A stretch of DNA of 61,598 nucleotides. Source: a virus. Its lineage: Duplodnaviria; Caudoviricetes. Made by a program: the position numbers and the translations under genes. Below the pieces are notes generated by a model. The model ran no database searches and had not been told where the DNA came from. It was given only the letters and a program-made list of their open reading frames with translations. The stretch is from IMG/VR virus record IMGVR_UViG_3300042988_000221, positions 1-61,598 of that record. One strand, given 5' to 3'. Positions 59,029-61,598 of the stretch are shown one piece after another; the first letter of the stretch is position 1, and every line of letters starts with the position of its first letter.

Positions 59029-59899
59029 CCCGTATTTCAATTTTTATACGAATAAAGCTGAACAAAGCCTTTCTGAACAATTGATTCATGAATCTATTCA
59101 GATAATGGGGTTTGATGGATATTATATTCCAAAAGAAGATTTTAGCCCAGACAGATTATTTGGTGATAATCCTACAGCATTTTATAAAGATGCATATCTT
59201 CTTAGTTTTTACTTATCTAATGCCCGTGACCCAGGAATCAATAATGATTACTTTTCTAAATTTGGTCTAGAAATTCGTAATAATACTAAAATTTGTGTCT
59301 CCAGAAGAGAATTTAAAAATGTTGTACCAGAATCATCTACAAGACCCGCTGAAGGAGATCTTGTCCTAATACCATTTTTTAGTAGTGGGTCAAACGAACT
59401 CTACGAAATCAAAGGTGTTTCTGATGCACCAGATTTTTATGCTCTTGGAAGAACAGAAGCATATTATTATGAATTTGATCTTGAATTATATAAATACTCG
59501 CACGAAAAAATTGAAACTGGTATACCAGAAATTGATATGGTTAATGATGATCAAGCATATGCGATTGCTCTCCAAATGGGAACAACAAACGCCTCAGTAT
59601 TTGAATATGAAGATGGGGAATACGTATATCAAGGATCATCTTTATTATCAGCAAATACAATAGCAACGGTAGCAAATTGGGATATGGCTAATAACGTATT
59701 AAAAGTAACAAATGTTATTGGGACATTTGCAAATAACACTTCTGTAATTGGCGAAACTTCTACAGCAAGTTATATCCTATTAGAATTTAATGACCAAGAA
59801 AAGAATCAATATAGAAATCCATGGGATAATAAAGTAATTGAAGATGAATCAGATGTTATTGTTGATAGAACACAAGTTAATCCGTTAGGTTGGTTGTAA
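59018..59899 (+). CDS. gp14: Neck protein gp14
   Basis: NPYF, EQ.L.E.LI.ESI, SKFGLEI, RP.EGDL, FYALG, ELYKYS.E. Confidence 0.92.
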   Translation: MPTNPYFNFYTNKAEQSLSEQLIHESIQIMGFDGYYIPKEDFSPDRLFGDNPTAFYKDAYLLSFYLSNARDPGINNDYFSKFGLEIRNNTKICVSRREFKNVVPESSTRPAEGDLVLIPFFSSGSNELYEIKGVSDAPDFYALGRTEAYYYEFDLELYKYSHEKIETGIPEIDMVNDDQAYAIALQMGTTNASVFEYEDGEYVYQGSSLLSANTIATVANWDMANNVLKVTNVIGTFANNTSVIGETSTASYILLEFNDQEKNQYRNPWDNKVIEDESDVIVDRTQVNPLGWL

Positions 59900-60942
59900 T
59901 GTCTACTATTAACCAATATCACAAAGTTATCAGAAAAATCTCAGCAGCATTTGCTGGGTTATTTAATAATATAATTATCATTCGGCAAAATGCTGATGGA
60001 ACAGAAAATCAAAGATTTAAAGTTCCGATTGTTTATGCCAATAAAGAAAAATACGTAAAAAGACTAGAAGGTGATCCAGATTTAAACAAGAAAATACAAA
60101 TTGTATTACCTGTCATTAGTTATGAAATGACTTATTTTAGATATGATCCTTCTAGAAAATTAAATACGATGGGCAGAAATTTTTCTAATAATGCCGATTC
60201 TAATACAGATTCATTTATGATGTTTAATCCAGTTCCATATGACATTGGATTTTCTTTAACCATTTATACTAGAAATATTGAAGATGGTCATCAAATAATA
60301 GAATACATTTTACCATTTTTTACGCCGGAATGGAATTTAAGATTGAATCTTATTCCAGAAATGAATATCATTAAAACAATTCCAATTGAATTGAATGAAG
60401 TAATTCCAATGATAGATTCGGAAGGTCCAGTATTTGATTCTCCTGTAAGAATTGTTATGTGGACATTAAATTTCACTGCCAAAGCTTTTATTTTTGGCGC
60501 AATTAAAGATGCTAAATTAATTAAAGAAGTACAACAGAATTTCCTTTTAGATTCTTCAGCAGATATTACAGCAGAAACATTAGCGGGTTGTTGTGGCAAA
60601 TCGACAAAAACTTATCAATTACTTCCTGGTGGTCATGGTGAATTTCAAAGAGCAGAAATCGTATATCAAGGTTTAAATCTAGAAAATTCATATGCAACTG
60701 GAATTGTTAGAGATTATGACGCCAATAATTGTTTAATTACTGTCGCGGATATTTGTGGTGCATTTAAATCTAATCAAACATTAATAGGCAATGATACATT
60801 ATCAATACATGTTATAGAAAAAACATATCCCAATACTGTTATTGCCTTTACTCATACAACTAAAGTTGAACCATGGTCCGCTAACGCCACTTCTAATTGG
60901 ACCGCTAATGTTTCAATTGTAGAATTTCCTGACACATTATAA
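59899..60942 (+). CDS. gp15: Tail terminator/sheath stabiliser gp15 (start revised to MSTINQ)
   Basis: IRK...AF..LFN.I, KVPI.YA.KEK, LP.ISYEM, YDP.RKL, PVPY, QIIE.ILPFF.P. Confidence 0.92.
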   Translation: MSTINQYHKVIRKISAAFAGLFNNIIIIRQNADGTENQRFKVPIVYANKEKYVKRLEGDPDLNKKIQIVLPVISYEMTYFRYDPSRKLNTMGRNFSNNADSNTDSFMMFNPVPYDIGFSLTIYTRNIEDGHQIIEYILPFFTPEWNLRLNLIPEMNIIKTIPIELNEVIPMIDSEGPVFDSPVRIVMWTLNFTAKAFIFGAIKDAKLIKEVQQNFLLDSSADITAETLAGCCGKSTKTYQLLPGGHGEFQRAEIVYQGLNLENSYATGIVRDYDANNCLITVADICGAFKSNQTLIGNDTLSIHVIEKTYPNTVIAFTHTTKVEPWSANATSNWTANVSIVEFPDTL

Positions 60943-60953
60943 ATGAGGTTAAT

Positions 60954-61397
60954 ATGTCTAAATTTGATAAAAAAATGGAAGAGTTTTTCGATATCGTTCC
61001 ACAAGAACCTGTTAATACTTTACCAGTTGAATCTAAAGTAAATTTCAATAACCTAGATTCAGATTTTAAAAATGATTATGAAAAAGTCCGAGAAAACTTC
61101 TATGAATTAATAGAAAAAGGTAAAGATGCTTTCGAAGATATCATGGCTGTTGCGAAAGAAAGTGAAAAAGCTAGAGATTTTGAAGTAGCATCTTCTATAT
61201 TTAAAGATGTTTTAGAAGCTAATGATAAATTATTGGATATGCATAAGAAAGTTAGAGATATTACTAATTATAACCAGAAAACAGTTAATAATACAGAAAT
61301 AAATAATACATTATTCGTTGGATCAACTAAAGAATTATCTCAAATACTAAAAGATTTAAATAACCCAAATATAATTGATATCGATCAATTGAAATAA
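60954..61397 (+). CDS. gp16: Terminase small subunit gp16
   Basis: DYE..R.N...LIEKG, A.ESE.AR.FEV, NN.LFVGST.EL. Confidence 0.9.
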   Translation: MSKFDKKMEEFFDIVPQEPVNTLPVESKVNFNNLDSDFKNDYEKVRENFYELIEKGKDAFEDIMAVAKESEKARDFEVASSIFKDVLEANDKLLDMHKKVRDITNYNQKTVNNTEINNTLFVGSTKELSQILKDLNNPNIIDIDQLK

Positions 61398-61573
61398 TCA
61401 CTTATAAATGCATCATATTCTGATTGGTGTTTTGCCTCAATCCAAACTGCACCATCTGCAATGAAATATTGATTATCAGTGCCTTTCGAAAGTTTTGCAA
61501 TAGGTAAAGTCTCTTCCTCAATAATATTAAATCTCTCCTTCTGTAACATTAACCTAATGTCACGCTCAACCAT
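61385..61573 (-). CDS. Hypothetical protein
   Basis: AAGGAG RBS, convergent with gp16. Confidence 0.55.
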   Translation of the reverse strand: MVERDIRLMLQKERFNIIEEETLPIAKLSKGTDNQYFIADGAVWIEAKHQSEYDAFISDYFN

Positions 61574-61598
61574 CTCCTTAAATCTATTCTGACACGTT

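Noticed and set aside
18769-60599. Many 60-155 aa antisense or out-of-frame ORFs (e.g. 18843..19310, 24836..25114, 31769..32119, 35738..36112, 60291..60599)
   Set aside because: They shadow well-supported genes and have no recognisable motifs
1-61598. Stop-codon reassignment
   Set aside because: Core genes are full length in the standard code, and TAA, TAG and TGA all end genes

Overview
AT-rich segment of a T4-like myophage genome (distant T4 relative with cyanophage/environmental-type gene order), standard genetic code. 1-13.6 kb: divergently transcribed small accessory ORFs under near-consensus sigma70 promoters, including RNA ligase, nucleotidyltransferase, P-loop kinase, metallophosphoesterase, PhoH and Pth2. 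13.6-15.9 kb: a late-promoter cassette of ADP-ribosyltransferase, PI3/4K-HipA-like kinase (split by two homopolymer frameshifts) and Nudix hydrolase, all starting with a motif like the T4 capsid-targeting sequence. 16.4-19.6 kb: RlpA, gp33, gp59, gp32. 21-61.4 kb: tail, baseplate, neck and packaging genes (tape-measure-like protein with two peptidoglycan hydrolase domains, gp51, 26, 54, 2, 4, 48, 53, hub, 5, 25, 6, 7, 8, DUF4815-like giant, fibres, 14, 15, 16). Six free-standing homing-type endonuclease genes are scattered through 16.8-59 kb. Best leads: the putative packaged ART/kinase/Nudix cassette; a candidate -1 frameshift joining gp26 to gp51 just upstream of the tape measure gene; three endonucleases with 6, 5 and 3 Zn-ribbon repeats; a module shared by the gp2 and tape-measure N-termini; and secreted versus virion paralogues of a beta-helix enzyme. 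All assignments come from motif recognition and synteny by eye; no searches were run.
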